A stretch of 64,000 nucleotides of DNA, from contig CM082587.2 in assembly GCA_040954595.2 (NCBI GenBank), forward strand, positions 1,325,500 through 1,389,499, given 5' to 3'. The stretch is from Balanoglossus misakiensis. Its lineage: Eukaryota; Animalia; Hemichordata. Position 1 is the first letter of the stretch. Each line of letters begins with the position of its first letter. The notes under the pieces were generated by a model. That model worked only from the letters and a program-made list of their open reading frames with translations, ran no database searches and was not told the DNA's origin. Shown piece by piece: positions 13,588-26,844 of the stretch. The position numbers and the translations under genes are program-made.

Positions 13588-15607
13588 CATTCACTTTTAA
13601 ATAATGATTCCATCTTTGAAGAAGGAAAGACAACAATAGCCCTGTGTCTTCGTTCAATCCTTTGTCATCGCCCACTTGACACGGAAAGACTTGAACTTGA
13701 TTCACGCCCGCCATTTAGCCATGAGGCACAAAACCACACAAAGATAATTGACTATCACAATATACATGTACATGTACTATAATATTTCTGAGAGTACCTG
13801 ACGGCAGCCATATTGAATTTAAGTTCATCGAAATGTTAAGATGTATCTTTTAGGAGTTTCTGAATAACTGATACGAGGCTGTATGTGAATTGAACATAGA
13901 TTATCTTCTTTCAAATCAGAGAGACAAATTGCCAATATTTCGCCATTTTTTATACTGTCACATAAACTACATTTCTATGAAATATGAGAGTATTAAAAGT
14001 GTCGACCCTGTTTTGCGATTCAGGCAAGGTACCAATTGAAACATTCAAATGATAACAAATTATATGTGATCAATTTTACTGTGAGCCAAGTGATGAGGAT
14101 CATTAATTCTAAAAAATATGTTCTTTTGAATTTTTTCCAACACAATTTTTATGCCCAACTGATCATTTCAAGTGATAATTCATTTCATTCATTACAGCAA
14201 TTCACAGTACCATATAATTTTCACCAGTGATATAAATTGTCTATCTGTTTCCATGGTAATCAATGATGTTTTCGGCAGGGTGATAATATCGCCCATTTCC
14301 ATTGGGTGTCCATTGTCTGGTTGCTTAGCAATACTTGATTTGCATATTTTTTCTGTCTGATTCAGTGACAGCCTAGATCCAGCATTCAACTGCACCCAGA
14401 AAATGATAAAAAAGTCCTTATTGGTTATATCAGTTGGATGTATATACACATATTATTTCAGTACTTGTAATATACTTCAACTTAAGCATAGTGGTCCAAC
14501 TTACCATAGAACACAATGGGTTTGGACCAAGGCATATCGGTACTTAAACAAAAAAATGTGGGATTTCAAGAATTTATTTGTGGTTTTGTTGCCAGGTTAT
14601 CATGATGTGTCTGTGAGAATTTCCTCATAAAAATACCGCTCCTTCTGAGGAGAAATGAAATGTGTCAACACTGCAGAGAGTAAGTGTCTCAAGATCTGAT
14701 AAAACACAATCATTAAAAGAACATTGATCTTTCACTTCTCAATATGAGGATTATGTCGGATCAACTCACATGTGTAGAAAATGCGACAGAAAGACTTTAA
14801 ATGAAAAATCACTGAGATTTAGAAGGCTGTGAAATTAAAAAAAAAATAGAAGTCTGGTTCAGCAGTTGGACAGAATATATGTACTCTGTTCCAGTTATAT
14901 TTGATGTATCACAGTTACAAGGTGGGATAGGGGTGGGATGATAATATATACATATGTATCTGTTGTATTGTTTAGACAACTGTAGTGCACATGTTTCAAT
15001 TATTGCATTATGGGGAAGTGGGAATGAGCAATGCCACATGTTAACTTGTTAACTGAATTAAACACTGAGTGTACATTGCAATGTCGATGGATCCAACAGG
15101 TGGTTGGAATGTCATGTTTGTGTAATTAAATTTATCCTAGAGTCATGAAACAGGGAGAACAGCATGAAACAAATTAAATGAGTGCATATGGTTCTAACAG
15201 GTGGTGTGCATGATTTTACTATTTGTTTTGGAGAAATTGGGAACTCTGCCATCAGAAGTAAAACAAAGATTGTACAAACATAACGGTAGTTGAAGATCTA
15301 CCGGGGAAAGACAAGATTAGACAACCTGGGAAATACACTGGGGACATTTGTATCTTTTTCAATACAAATAAGTGTTGATTTTCAGAGTTTGTAAAGTTCA
15401 TGAGTGCACTTTATTGTTGGTAGATTTATGATAATATACCAAAGTGTTCAACATTACATCATATGTGTGTCGTGCGTGATTTCCATATAAGTACCTCTTT
15501 TGTCCTCACATTGCAGTGCAAACTATGTCAATCGGATTCAACGACCCTACCCCCTGTAGATTTTTGCTGGGTAATCGCTTACAGTGATCATTACCGTGAA
15601 GTGAGCC

Positions 15608-15643
15608 CTACAAAATGGCGCCCAACGTGGGGGCTAATTGTAG
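15608..15643 (+). mobile_element. LTR-retroelement remnant: tRNA-Lys(CTT) primer-binding site between LTR-like termini
   Basis: TGGCGCCCAACGTGGGG at 15616-15632 is a 17-nt match to the canonical Lys1,2 PBS, including the TGG that pairs with the tRNA CCA. It is preceded by CTACA plus 3 nt and followed shortly by TGTAG. Confidence 0.6.
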
Positions 15644-18600
15644 TAGCTGAGTATTATCATGAGGGAGATGATAACTGATAGAAATCATAGAGTGATGAGT
15701 ACTCCCTGTTCATAGTTTTCTGTTTGGAGATCATATCATTGATCATCTGATATGTAGACAACTCCATCCACATGCAACCGTATGTTTCAACAGAGTAGCA
15801 GTGTTCTCCCCAATCTTAACAAAACAGGTCCACACCCAGTTTAAAGAACAAAGTTGAAACAGTATCAGCAATCACAAATATGCCAACAGAAACAAGACCA
15901 ATGTTTGATCTGTGTGTTTGTCAAGTCTTGAAAGTTTGTTCAGAGTTATTTTAAACCCAGAGTTTTGTCAATAAACCGGGTCCGGCTCTTGACATGACAA
16001 TGGTTCATCTACTGCATGGACTTGAACCCAGTAGATTCATGAACCTGACTTTGCCCTTGTCATATTACTTCAACAATGAGTTGGCATTTCCTCTGCTAAT
16101 TGTCAAATCTTGCAGTGTCACCTTGAAACTCCACGTTATAGTGAATGCACATAACTTTGTACATTGGAAGCCATGTCTTTGTGTTTTCCTATAAACTTTT
16201 CTGTGCATGTTTTTTTCAAGTTCCAAGCTGATACCATGATGGACATTGTGAGTGTACAGTTCAACCATATTGACTGTGGATTGAACACATTAAAATCATA
16301 TGTAAGGTTGTTTTTGGCTGAGTTTTGGTGTAGGGGAATTCATAGTCAGTGAAAGTCAGGGATGTCTCTTTTGGATAAATCCACATACATGTACATGCAG
16401 TAACAGACAAGGCCCAGAGAGATTTTCTTACATTTAGTGCAATATTGCACAACCTTTGATTGGCTGCTGATGACAAGTCACCCTGGATGACTTTGAAGTC
16501 ATGTCATGTCAACATCATGAAATATTACAGAATAGTTGAGTTGCTAGGAGACAGAGTGGAGCTGTGGACAATTTAGTCCCCCTTAATTCAAACCATTCTC
16601 ACCTTCTAAAGCCCTGTGTCTATCACTGTATACAGCCAATAACCTGTTTTTTTCCATGTTTTCAAAGTTGAAACACACTAACTAGCTCAGTTCACACAAA
16701 ACAAGAATTCCAAGTGTCACAAACAAACAAAAATTTATGACTTTGCACTCTACATTTTTGTTTTGCAAAGACCATGCAGACTGAATGTCAAAGTTGGTGG
16801 GCGACCTCCATCTTGAATTGTACTCTAAACCGTACCCTAGCACGGCACTTGAGAGAGTAACAGTTTAACAATCTGACAAAATGATTTGTGTCTGACATCA
16901 CTAATCCCATCACAAACATTCAAACATGAATTAAAGCTGCCCTACATTCTCCCAGGGTGACAAATGATTTGAAATATTATGAGGGATTTGACAGCTAAAA
17001 ATTATTTTGTGACCAAGATTGACTGTTTTTAGAAAAATAAAAGTGTAGTAACATTTATGACAAAATTTTTGTCAAATGTATTTTTTCAAAAACAGCTTTA
17101 AAGGGAGATTGTTGTTTACTGATTCATTCAGAGCAAAAAACAATTGACTGCAATTTTCATCATATTGAACTTTGAATAATTGACAGACTGGAACTGTCTG
17201 ATAGAGTAAAAGCAACAGATATTTCATCGGCAGAAAAGTTCAACTTGGGCCTTGGGGGAATGACAGCAACAAACCCCAGTACAATCAGCACTGCCCATTT
17301 TCTCAAAGGGCAAAGTTGTTCAAAGCAAAAGGACTCTTTAGAATAGCGGTAGTAAAACCGACAGACATTGTATTCTCATCAAAAGAAAGGAGGAAAAATA
17401 ACCCAAGGCTGGGCAATTACAGAACCAATCAGCATAAAATCAGGACAAGATTGGCCATACTAAAATGATGTTAACCTTAGGTTCATTGGTGTTTAAACTG
17501 TGAAGTATTTTGGCCTGAGTGTGGCTTAATACAATAACATTGTGTTCAGTTGTTAACTGGATTAGAATGGACTCAATACACAGTAACAGAAGTCTGGTAT
17601 TCACTTTGCTTCCTTATAAGAAGTATATTCAATTTCAACCCGTTTTACAGTATCTGGCCCCTTGCATGAATATGTTGTAGAGGCAACTCATATACATGTG
17701 CTTTGTGTGGATACTTGGATTTACTGCCCTCAAGCACAACAATAAAACAACAATTCAGGTTCACCCACACAGCGAACAAAAACGTCCGTGCCAATCTTGG
17801 TTACAATTTCTCACAGCACAGTGTTCAATGAAAGCTATTCAAACTAAAGATCAATGTACAGTTGAATGCGTGGTCGCCAGCATGTTTGTCTGTGTCACAA
17901 AATAATCCGTCTTTCAGTCGCATAGATTCCATCAGCTTTAATCTGTTACCCAGCGGATCCGCCCAGCGACACACCTACAGCTAATATAACAGTCCTAATA
18001 TACTGGTATATCTTTACACTTTCTCTCACTGATTCCTCCCACACCTCTAAATTACCTTCCTGTTTATTTCACTTACAAACAGGAACTTCATTTGTCATCT
18101 ATAACACATGTATAGAATGTGTTCCCATTTAAAATATTTGTCTTTTCACATACTGTCTTGAGCACACCAATGACTTAACTATTGAGTAAAAAAATAGAGT
18201 ATGCCTTTCAATGGTAACATATTAACCAGTCTGTCCTCTGATCCTGAATTCTCTTTTATTTGTAGACATCTTTCATCACATGTAGTCATAAAATGTTAAT
18301 GAAACCTGAGTAAATGGTTTGTATATACTTCACATATGTGAGTATTTTTCTGGTACTGAAATTACACTGACCTGAAAGAGTACTGCCATTTATTTGAAAA
18401 GCAAACTCATTCAACACAATAAATGGCATTATATGGTATTGTCTGATTCAAGTTATTCTGCTATTAGAAAGCTGAAATTACTCTATTTCAGTCGATTCAT
18501 GAGCAATGAATGTATTTTATAGGGTACTTATTACATATGGGTATCAATCAGCATGGAGGCTATGACTGACTTCAGAAAAATCAGTCAAATTAAAGTCAAT

Positions 18601-21600
18601 ATTGGCCAAAAGGAGTAGAGGCATTTGAGGGAGCCGATTTAATCATTTGTGTCAACTTTTAATATCCTGAAGTTGAGGAATTCCATTCTTTTTTGGTTTT
18701 CCTAATTCAGGTTTTGTGATTAATAGGCCACTACTAGTTACTAGCTACATTTGCTGCCACATGAGGGCAGCATATTGCAGGAATTCCCCACCTCAAATAA
18801 AAAAGGTTTGTGATCATGTTACCTTGCATACTGTATGAAAATATTTCTCATTCTTATATGTACAAGGCAAGGTGTTTATATGCAAGAATGCAAACTTGGT
18901 CAATTCATCTCTCAGACAGAACATGCTGGGATGTCATAGTATACTGGTATGCTAAACTTTTCTGACATTGAATTGAGACTAATGAACAGAAAATTAAACC
19001 AGTGGAAGGTTTCACCATGTTCTGTGTGAATGACAGAGCTAATTTTGTTCATGTTTTGAAAGGAAAAGTTTTGTGGGACACACTGATTAAAATCAATCAC
19101 AGCTCAGGAAAAACATGCGGTTTGTGATCACAACATTGTTTATTGCAGATCTGTGCTCTGTTGCATTCTCCGTGGCAACAGCAAGAACCCATGTCTATTT
19201 CCATTATTGGTGTTTAATGAAATGTTACCATGAAAAAAATACTAGAGGAAATGACAATGCAGTACATGTATTTGGAGTGATTACGAACCATCAACGAACT
19301 GGTGTCAGATTGTGGCCATTGAAATTGTAACCATACGCAGTGAAATCGTGCAGAAATGCGCTTCCTAGATTATTTGTTTGTGGTATTATTGGTGGTTTGA
19401 AGTCACAATGAAAAACTGTGGATGGTTCTAGAGAACTTTGAAACTGTTCAGAGAGACATGGAGAAATTGAATGCCATACAACCAGCCTGCTTCTAATCGC
19501 CAATTTGACAACAGCCAGTGTTAGAGTCATCTGGTCTTCTTTAAAATAAGAGAATGTCAAATGTGACTACAGGTGGGAATAATAGACGACAAAAACATTT
19601 TTAAATTACCGATAATATATTTATTGATGTCCATAATATTCCACATTTCCTTGTAAAATTCGAGGATTATGAATTTCAGTGAGAGCAAAGATTTTGCAAC
19701 TGTTGTGTAGAATCCAGTTCTTTAAAAATAAGTTTTATTTCATAGACATCACTGAGAAATATTTCTGATATACTGAAGGTGGGAAAATGATATACATATT
19801 AAGCTGCTGTGTATTTGACACCAAATATCTGTGATGCTTTCAACCTCTGTCCAATATCTGTAAATGTACAGTAACTGCTGTCCAATAACAGAAAAATGTG
19901 GTACTTCTGCTGTCAGATATCTGCAAAGTATCTGCAAGAGTATTTGATTGTGTTGGTTGGTAATGACACAGTCACTACAGTAGTAAAAAATCAGAGCTTC
20001 ATTTCTTGCATGTGAGGTGTTCTTGTGAGGAGCCCATGAACTTGAAACAGAAGTCCCACAAATTTCCAAACTGTAGTCAAATCATCTGACCTTGACATCT
20101 GCACTGTGAGTTTAACAAATGTTACAAAATGAGAATGTCACTTTAAACAGTAATTAAAAACACTCTGCATAAATAAATCGATGTTCATTCACAAAGGAAT
20201 GCTCAAAAAGTTTTTATTATTTAAGCAACAGCTTCTGATAGGAAATTGATAGTAGTTTCATGCCCTTGGAATGTGGGTTAATTAACACTGCATACAATGC
20301 TCACCTGCATATATCTACCATGAATGCTGGCTATCTAACCAATCACAGATTTTCACTTGGGCCCACTTTAAAAAGTACACCACCTCATGTTCATCAAAAG
20401 ACAAAGCCATACTAGTATCTTAAATTGAAGTTAGGGTGTTCTGGGGTCCAACACTGTGCAGTATTTCATGAAAATGACAATAGCACAAGTTTTTTTTTCC
20501 ACAAAGAGTGTTCCTGAGCATTTCTATGGATAGAGACAATTATAACTGACACACTCGGCATTTGTGAGAGATCACAGACTGTTGAAAGACAGCCTCTGTG
20601 TTGAGACACATAAATACTTGAGGTAGGTCGAACATTTTGCTACAATGTACGTCAAATCCCACTCTAGCCTCAGTGTGTCAAGGTAAATGACAATTTTCAC
20701 TTCAGCATTTCCTTGATATCAAAATTTCGAAGCTGCAATATGGTTGTATACAAAGACATGTCTACAAAAACGTACACAAACCATTGATTTCAAATCAATC
20801 ACTCTAACATTATTTGAAGCTGGTTATCATTCAAAATACCATTGTCAAATTGATTCTAATGTTCACAAATTATCATCTGTCTATTGGTAACACTACTTTT
20901 CTTTTAACTTATGACCTCTATGTACAATTTTTTTTTTGAATATCGCCCTCAGAGTCAATCTCAGCCTCCTCTTTTGTTTGATTAATAATGAGCTGTTGAA
21001 ACACCTGCTTGCTTTTGTTGTGATATATAGAATATAGATAAAACAACAAAAGTTACAATAAAGACAAAATTGAAGTTGTGCAAAATATGAAAATACTTGG
21101 TATGAAAGTAGTGGCAGTGGAAAATGAATAAAAATATGAAATGATATACAGGATTAATATAAGTGCCTTAGAATAATATTTCTCTGATAACTTATTTGAG
21201 TTGATCACAAAAATTAAAACTGAGAAGTGATCATCAGTGGAAATGTAGACAAAGGTTAAATTCGGCCTGAAATACCTTTTTATCAATCTTGTAGCATTAA
21301 AATTTCATGATTCATCTTATACTAAAAAGAATCATGTTTTTATTCTTTATTGTAATGTTTAAAAAAGACAGATTGTCTCCTCTTTCATGTAAATGTAATA
21401 TTTGTACTTTTTGGGGTTTGGTTGTGAACAGAAATGAGAGATCGTCTGTGATTGGCTGTAAATATGGCTAACCCCAGATGTTTCAGCAAAGCAGATGAAT
21501 GTTATTGTAGCATGTAAATTTGCTTAGTGCTGAACATCTCATCATTACAGGGAATGTTCGCTTCAGAATGTTGGTGCACATTTATCGTGAGTGCTGATTG

Positions 21601-21681
21601 CATGCAAACCCCCTGAACAAGTGAATTTGACTTGAGACAGCCAATCAGAGATCTCCATACATCCCATCACTGCTCACATAC

Positions 21682-23078
21682 TCAGAAGTAGTCTTCATTC
21701 TCGAAGGACTTCATAAAAAAGTATGTTGCGATGACAGTTCTACCGTTGAAGTATTTCCCCATGAGAGATCTCTGTGCACTTCTGCATTCAAATCCATCTT
21801 CGTATTCTATGTAGACCTGAAAGATATTCAGACAACAGTTAAGTTCACCGTCAAGTTCTGGATTACAGAATGTACCGCCTTTGGCAGCAAAATCAGCCAG
21901 CCATAAAATGATAAAATGGATCCAACCCACCTTTCCTGCTCCTGCACCTTGTCTTGGCATGACTTGTTTCTTGATATTGCCATACTTAATGCATTCACTT
22001 TTGATATCATCAAAGATATCTGGGGAAGGAAAGAATGAGCGAGAGAGGGGGAAAGATAAATATCAAAGATCATCATAAAATATTTAGCATTTTCTCAATA
22101 CCATTTTTTCACTTTCCTGTAACACATATTTCCTGTTTTTATCACAAACCCTTCTTTTCTCCAGTAGTTTCTTATGTTTGGCTCTGAATCAATCTTTACG
22201 ATCACAGGGGTTGAAACCATCACTACTTTAAAATACCTTGATATTCAGCATCATCCTCCAAATCGTTCTGATCCACAATGTTCTGTAGTCTCAGAATTCG
22301 CGTCGGGAACAGAAGAAAATCTTGATAACTTGGTTTCAGGTCATGCTGGAAGAAAGCATGATGCAAGACTTCTTTGGCTGAAGGTCTCTTCGATGCTTTA
22401 CACTGAAGCATGCTGGGAAAGAAAGATGAACGAAAATATAGGTTCAATTTCAGTCTTTATCTGCTTGTGAAAAATAGTAAATCTAAACGATCACAAATAA
22501 AATATTTGAAAAAGTGACTGACCTTTTTGTCAGATTGATCAAATCTTGTACAATCTTTTCCCTGTTTGCAATACCTGCGTCAGTCTCTCTTGGTTTCAAC
22601 ACAGAATCCATCAGCGCTGCACACTTACATGTTAGAGTTGTATCTATGGCCTGCTCAAAAAATTATAAAAAAAATATCACACAATCAAGGACAGTACTGA
22701 ATACTTTTAAACTCTTCCACCCCTATTTCCCTGTATAAATGTCCATCACTGCCATTGAGAACAATAGAGTTGGACCAAACCATGGTGGTGAGTGGGTGAA
22801 AATTCACTTGAAGGACCTACCTGACAATGAGAACAGCCCAACTGTGGCACATCATCTTTGCTGTAGAGTTTCTGTCCCGTGTACAAGAATGAGAGGATAC
22901 AACCAATGGTCCACACGTCTATTGCTGATGTACAGAGACATGAGAGCAGGCTTTCATCCAGGACTTCCGTACGATCTGATATGAGATAATTCAGCCTCTT
23001 GGTTTCCGGACATTGGTAGCAAAGACTTTGGACTTGGTGGTACGCATCCTGTAAAATATTGACATCAAGAGGAAGTCG

Positions 23079-23126
<48 letters not shown>

Positions 23127-24124
23127 ACACTCTAAGGAAAAGCAGCATTTAGCCATACCTTTTCGTCAAGCTCGATGCTCAATCCAAAGTCAATAAGTTT
23201 AACACTTCCAGTGTCCACACACCACATAATATTGGCAGGCTTGATGTCAGCGTGCACCACTCCTTTGCCGTGCATGTAGGCTAGTGTCTCCAGGATCTGT
23301 CGGCCGAGAAACTGAGTGGCGTACAGGGAGAGTCCTTCTTCATTGTTCTTGTATATGATGAACTGGAGTTTGCAATAGAGTTCTTCAAACACCAGACAGG
23401 GATAACCCTTGTGATGGAACCAGTTGTACAATCTCACTGCAATGGAACATAAAATCAAAATATATTCTCGGGTTACCAGAAAAATAGTCTAAAACTAAAA
23501 GGGAAATATTCAAAACACCAGCCTGGCCAATGCTTCGAATTCCTTCCAATTAGGATTATTCTTATCTGCTTCCCTAGATATCAATTAAGTGTTTGTCCTT
23601 GAAAATTACAACTGTACTGCAGGTTATTAATGAGTGACATCACTGTTGCTATGGCATCACTGGTAGAATGAGATGATTAGAGCTCATGTGACGCACAGAC
23701 AGTCTTATTCTGGAGAAGACTGGACCCAGTCCTTTGAATGATAAATACGTACTATAATAAATACGCATTACATAATAAGTCATTTATATAAGACAAACAT
23801 AACAGGCCTGAATAAACGAAATATACATGACCATATTGTTCTCAAGTACTTGCAAAACCAACGAATTTTTCCCTTACCAATGCCGTGGTTTTCTCTGTTT
23901 GCATTTAACTTCCGTATTATCTGTATTTCACGATAGTAAACTGGCAAGTATTTGTCTCCGTGCTTGTAGACCTTTATGGCTGCGGACGCCGATCCATCAC
24001 TCGTCTTGGCCTCATAGACGACCGAGCAAGCCCCCTTGCCAAGCTTCCTTACAATGTGCCATTGCTGGTGGAGAATCTCTCCGATCTCAAACTCAGGATT
24101 TTCACTCGGGCTCGACGTCGACAT
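21682..24124 (-). CDS. UHMK1: Serine/threonine kinase Kist (kinase domain plus C-terminal UHM/RRM), ~426 aa, 7 exons
   Basis: Exons (minus): 24124-23878, 23436-23159, 23048-22821, 22650-22523, 22412-22237, 22019-21931, 21816-21682. All introns GT-AG and phase-consistent; total 1281 nt. Kinase motifs: [37 protein letters not shown]: [10 protein letters not shown]...[11 protein letters not shown]...GKVYIEY...[16 protein letters not shown] kinase fused to a UHM domain is diagnostic of UHMK1. Confidence 0.93.
23079..23126. repeat. (TCA)n trinucleotide repeat in UHMK1 intron 2
   Basis: About 16 perfect units inside a 110-nt intron (23049-23158). Confidence 0.95.
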
Positions 24125-24339
24125 GCTTGGGTTGTACAGGTCATTCAACCGTACACAAGGGTTCACGATCGGTTGTGAACCAACCAAGGTTGAATGAGAC
24201 CAGGAACTACACTACAGCACAGATCAGTGGATTTTCAGCCGAATAGCGATCAATATGTCAAATTTATCTGCTACTTTAGAGGGAAATGTTTTACCCGAAT
24301 CGTCCAGGAGTTACGACCTCCAATGGGCACAAATTCCCT

Positions 24340-24420
24340 TCAACTTTTGGGCTTTACTCTCCCGTGTTTGTTCCTGACGTAAGCTGCCATCTTGTAAACA
24401 GGAAGTGGTGGAGCGCCCCC
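24340..24420 (-). promoter_or_regulatory. Putative UHMK1 promoter/TSS region with ETS-like and YY1-like motifs and a 16-codon uORF
   Basis: The minus strand reads CACTTCCTGTTTACAAGATGGCAGC. The ATG at 24390 opens MAAYVRNKHGRVKPKS* ending at 24340. The region is head-to-head with receptor A. Confidence 0.5.
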
Positions 24421-25117
24421 TTGAAGATGTCTACGCATGAACTTTTGTTTTAACTTCCGCTGACGTTTCCTTGGAAACGGAGTTTGTTACTAGTTGTGAT
24501 AGAAACTCGGTCTTCTTTTTAGAACAGAATGTTTTTTTTTCTTTTCTGAAGTTTTGAATGTAGACTGGGCGAACAAAGTGGTAGTTACATGAACCACACA
24601 GCTTCGAAATATCAACGACAATCATTGCAGATCGTCATGCAGCCCTACCCCGGGAACCCTACGTCGCCATGCAGGAGATACATCAGAAATGCGGAACCCA
24701 TATGAGCAGGGACCGTCATCTTCGCCCGCTAAGGTCTTTGGTCTCCGAAAATTAGAGAGACCTGTAGTCGAGCTAAGGACCCGTGCGAGCGGACGACGAC
24801 GGCTGTCGTATTTGACCAGTTGGAGAAACCCTCCTTTTGTTCCAATTTGCTTCTGCGCACATGTATAGCGCAATGCATAGATATGCTATATTTAGAATTG
24901 GGAAGTTAGCTGGGACTTTCCGTAAGAAATAGAAATTACCGAAACAATGTGCTTTTTGGCAGTAACCCAAATCCCTCCCACATTGACAACAGTATGCTAA
25001 TTAGGCTGCATAGGCACGAATGGGGGAAGTTTGTCAAAACTCACGAAGTCGACGACGAGGAAGAAATATACTGCCCCAGCGCCATCAATTTTATTCACAT
25101 AGGTCTACATGTAGGAA

Positions 25118-26808
25118 ATGTTGCGAGTCTTAGCTTTCGTGATTACCTGTGCCGTATACTTTCCGATTTCAACAGGTATTATTATTTTTTCTTTAATGTG
25201 TATTATATTTTGCTAAAACTAGTGTTGAAGTGTTCTTATTTGGTACATAATGCTTGAAGCGCTTTTCAGTTCATCCGTGATTGTGTTAGGCCTAATTATT
25301 TGGTGCATATCTGTCGACTGTTCGTCTGTCTGTCTGTCTGTCTGTCAGTTATCTTTAATACAGTTTCTGTGCATGTATGAGAAAGTAAATCTCATTTGAT
25401 AACATACACATGCCATAAGGCTTTTTAGTGAAATGTGACAGTATGTAATATCCCTTCTGGTCGAGTTGATCTGATGACAGTATCCCAAATTTAATTCATG
25501 ACCTATCAATTCAGTACTTGGACGTTTTGTCACGTGACGCCAGGGGATGACGGACATATTTGCTGCGACTGTATGAACATGCACTTTATCAAGATTCCTT
25601 TAGAAAGAGAATTAATAACAGAAGTTCTGTTTTTGTTTTGTTTTTTGTTAATTGTAATATATTGATTTATTTGAATCTCATTATGGGCACTTTCTGTTTC
25701 GTTGTCAAGGTAACCGACCGAATTCATGTAGCACTATTGAAAGCGTCACTCGATTCATACGTGAGAATGCAGAAGTAGGAAGTGAAGTCTACAGAATACC
25801 GTCACGAGGTACCATCGTGGAAATACAACTAGAAAGTGGTAACAAGGTAGTTCTGGGTCAATTTCCTTCTTTGATAACAATGGGAATCTAATAAAACGGT
25901 TGGCAACATCCTATTCCAGGGCTTGACAATTTTACTGTCTAACTACTAGTAATTAAATATATGAATTTATCACAAACAGCACGGTCGTTTCAGGTTCAAT
26001 ATAACGGCTGGTGTCATTGCAGTCGCTGGACTGTTGGATTATCATGCACAGAATAACTACATACTGGACATCCGGGTTGATTTTAAGGTCAGTTATCAAA
26101 TAACTGCGCTGGTTTGTGAGATTCTGTTGAGTTGATCTGTGCCTGGAAAGAACAAACGAAGTATTGTTATCGTTTGGTGATGGGTGAATCAAAGAGGAGA
26201 GTAAAACGCCTTCCGATAAATTATCTTTCACAAATTTCTACCAAGCTTAGCATCAATTCCAACTCAGCATCATTCTTTATCAACAGAATGACAAGAATCA
26301 CTGCTACAACCTGTCTGTCGTCATCATCGACGATCCCGGTTGGCCTCCGATTTACAACGAGACATGCGCAATGCCGCACAGAGGATTCGAACAGCTCATC
26401 AGATTGAGCAAATACGTAAGGCTTAGCGATCTCTAATGGGCTCTAGTTAATTCAATTGGTTTCTTGTACCTTCTTTTCTGTGCTTTGAAATTCTAACGAA
26501 ACGATTACATTGGGATGATGGTTATTATGGACTTTGTCAGCAGTTCTGAATGGAGCGATTATATTCTATAGGGGAAAAGCCTGTTTTTTAAAACTCTAAC
26601 CACATGTCTGTGACGTCATTTACAGTATTATGCGTTGGATATTAGCGTCAGTGGGAAGTTTGCCGGAACTTCAAGTGCAACCGGTAATGGCGTCCCTTTA
26701 TCTTTGCTGGTGTCTGAAGACAAATTCGCCATGGACATCAACAATGATCAGTGTAAGATACAAGTGTCTGCTGTGCTTGTAAACACACACTCTCTCTCTC
26801 TCTCTCTC

Positions 26809-26844
<36 letters not shown>

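Noticed and set aside
15616-15635. tRNA-Lys gene on the minus strand
   Set aside because: The match covers only the 3' ~17-19 nt including CCA, which is not encoded in eukaryotic tRNA genes. No T-loop or rest of the cloverleaf follows.
17830-17976. Possible extra minus-strand terminal exon (VCRWADPLGNRLKLMES...)
   Set aside because: Poor polypyrimidine tract, no homology recognised, and UHMK1 is already complete.
24125-24187. N-terminal extension of UHMK1 in the ORF track
   Set aside because: It starts at a TTG; the first in-frame ATG is at 24124 and gives a length typical of UHMK1.
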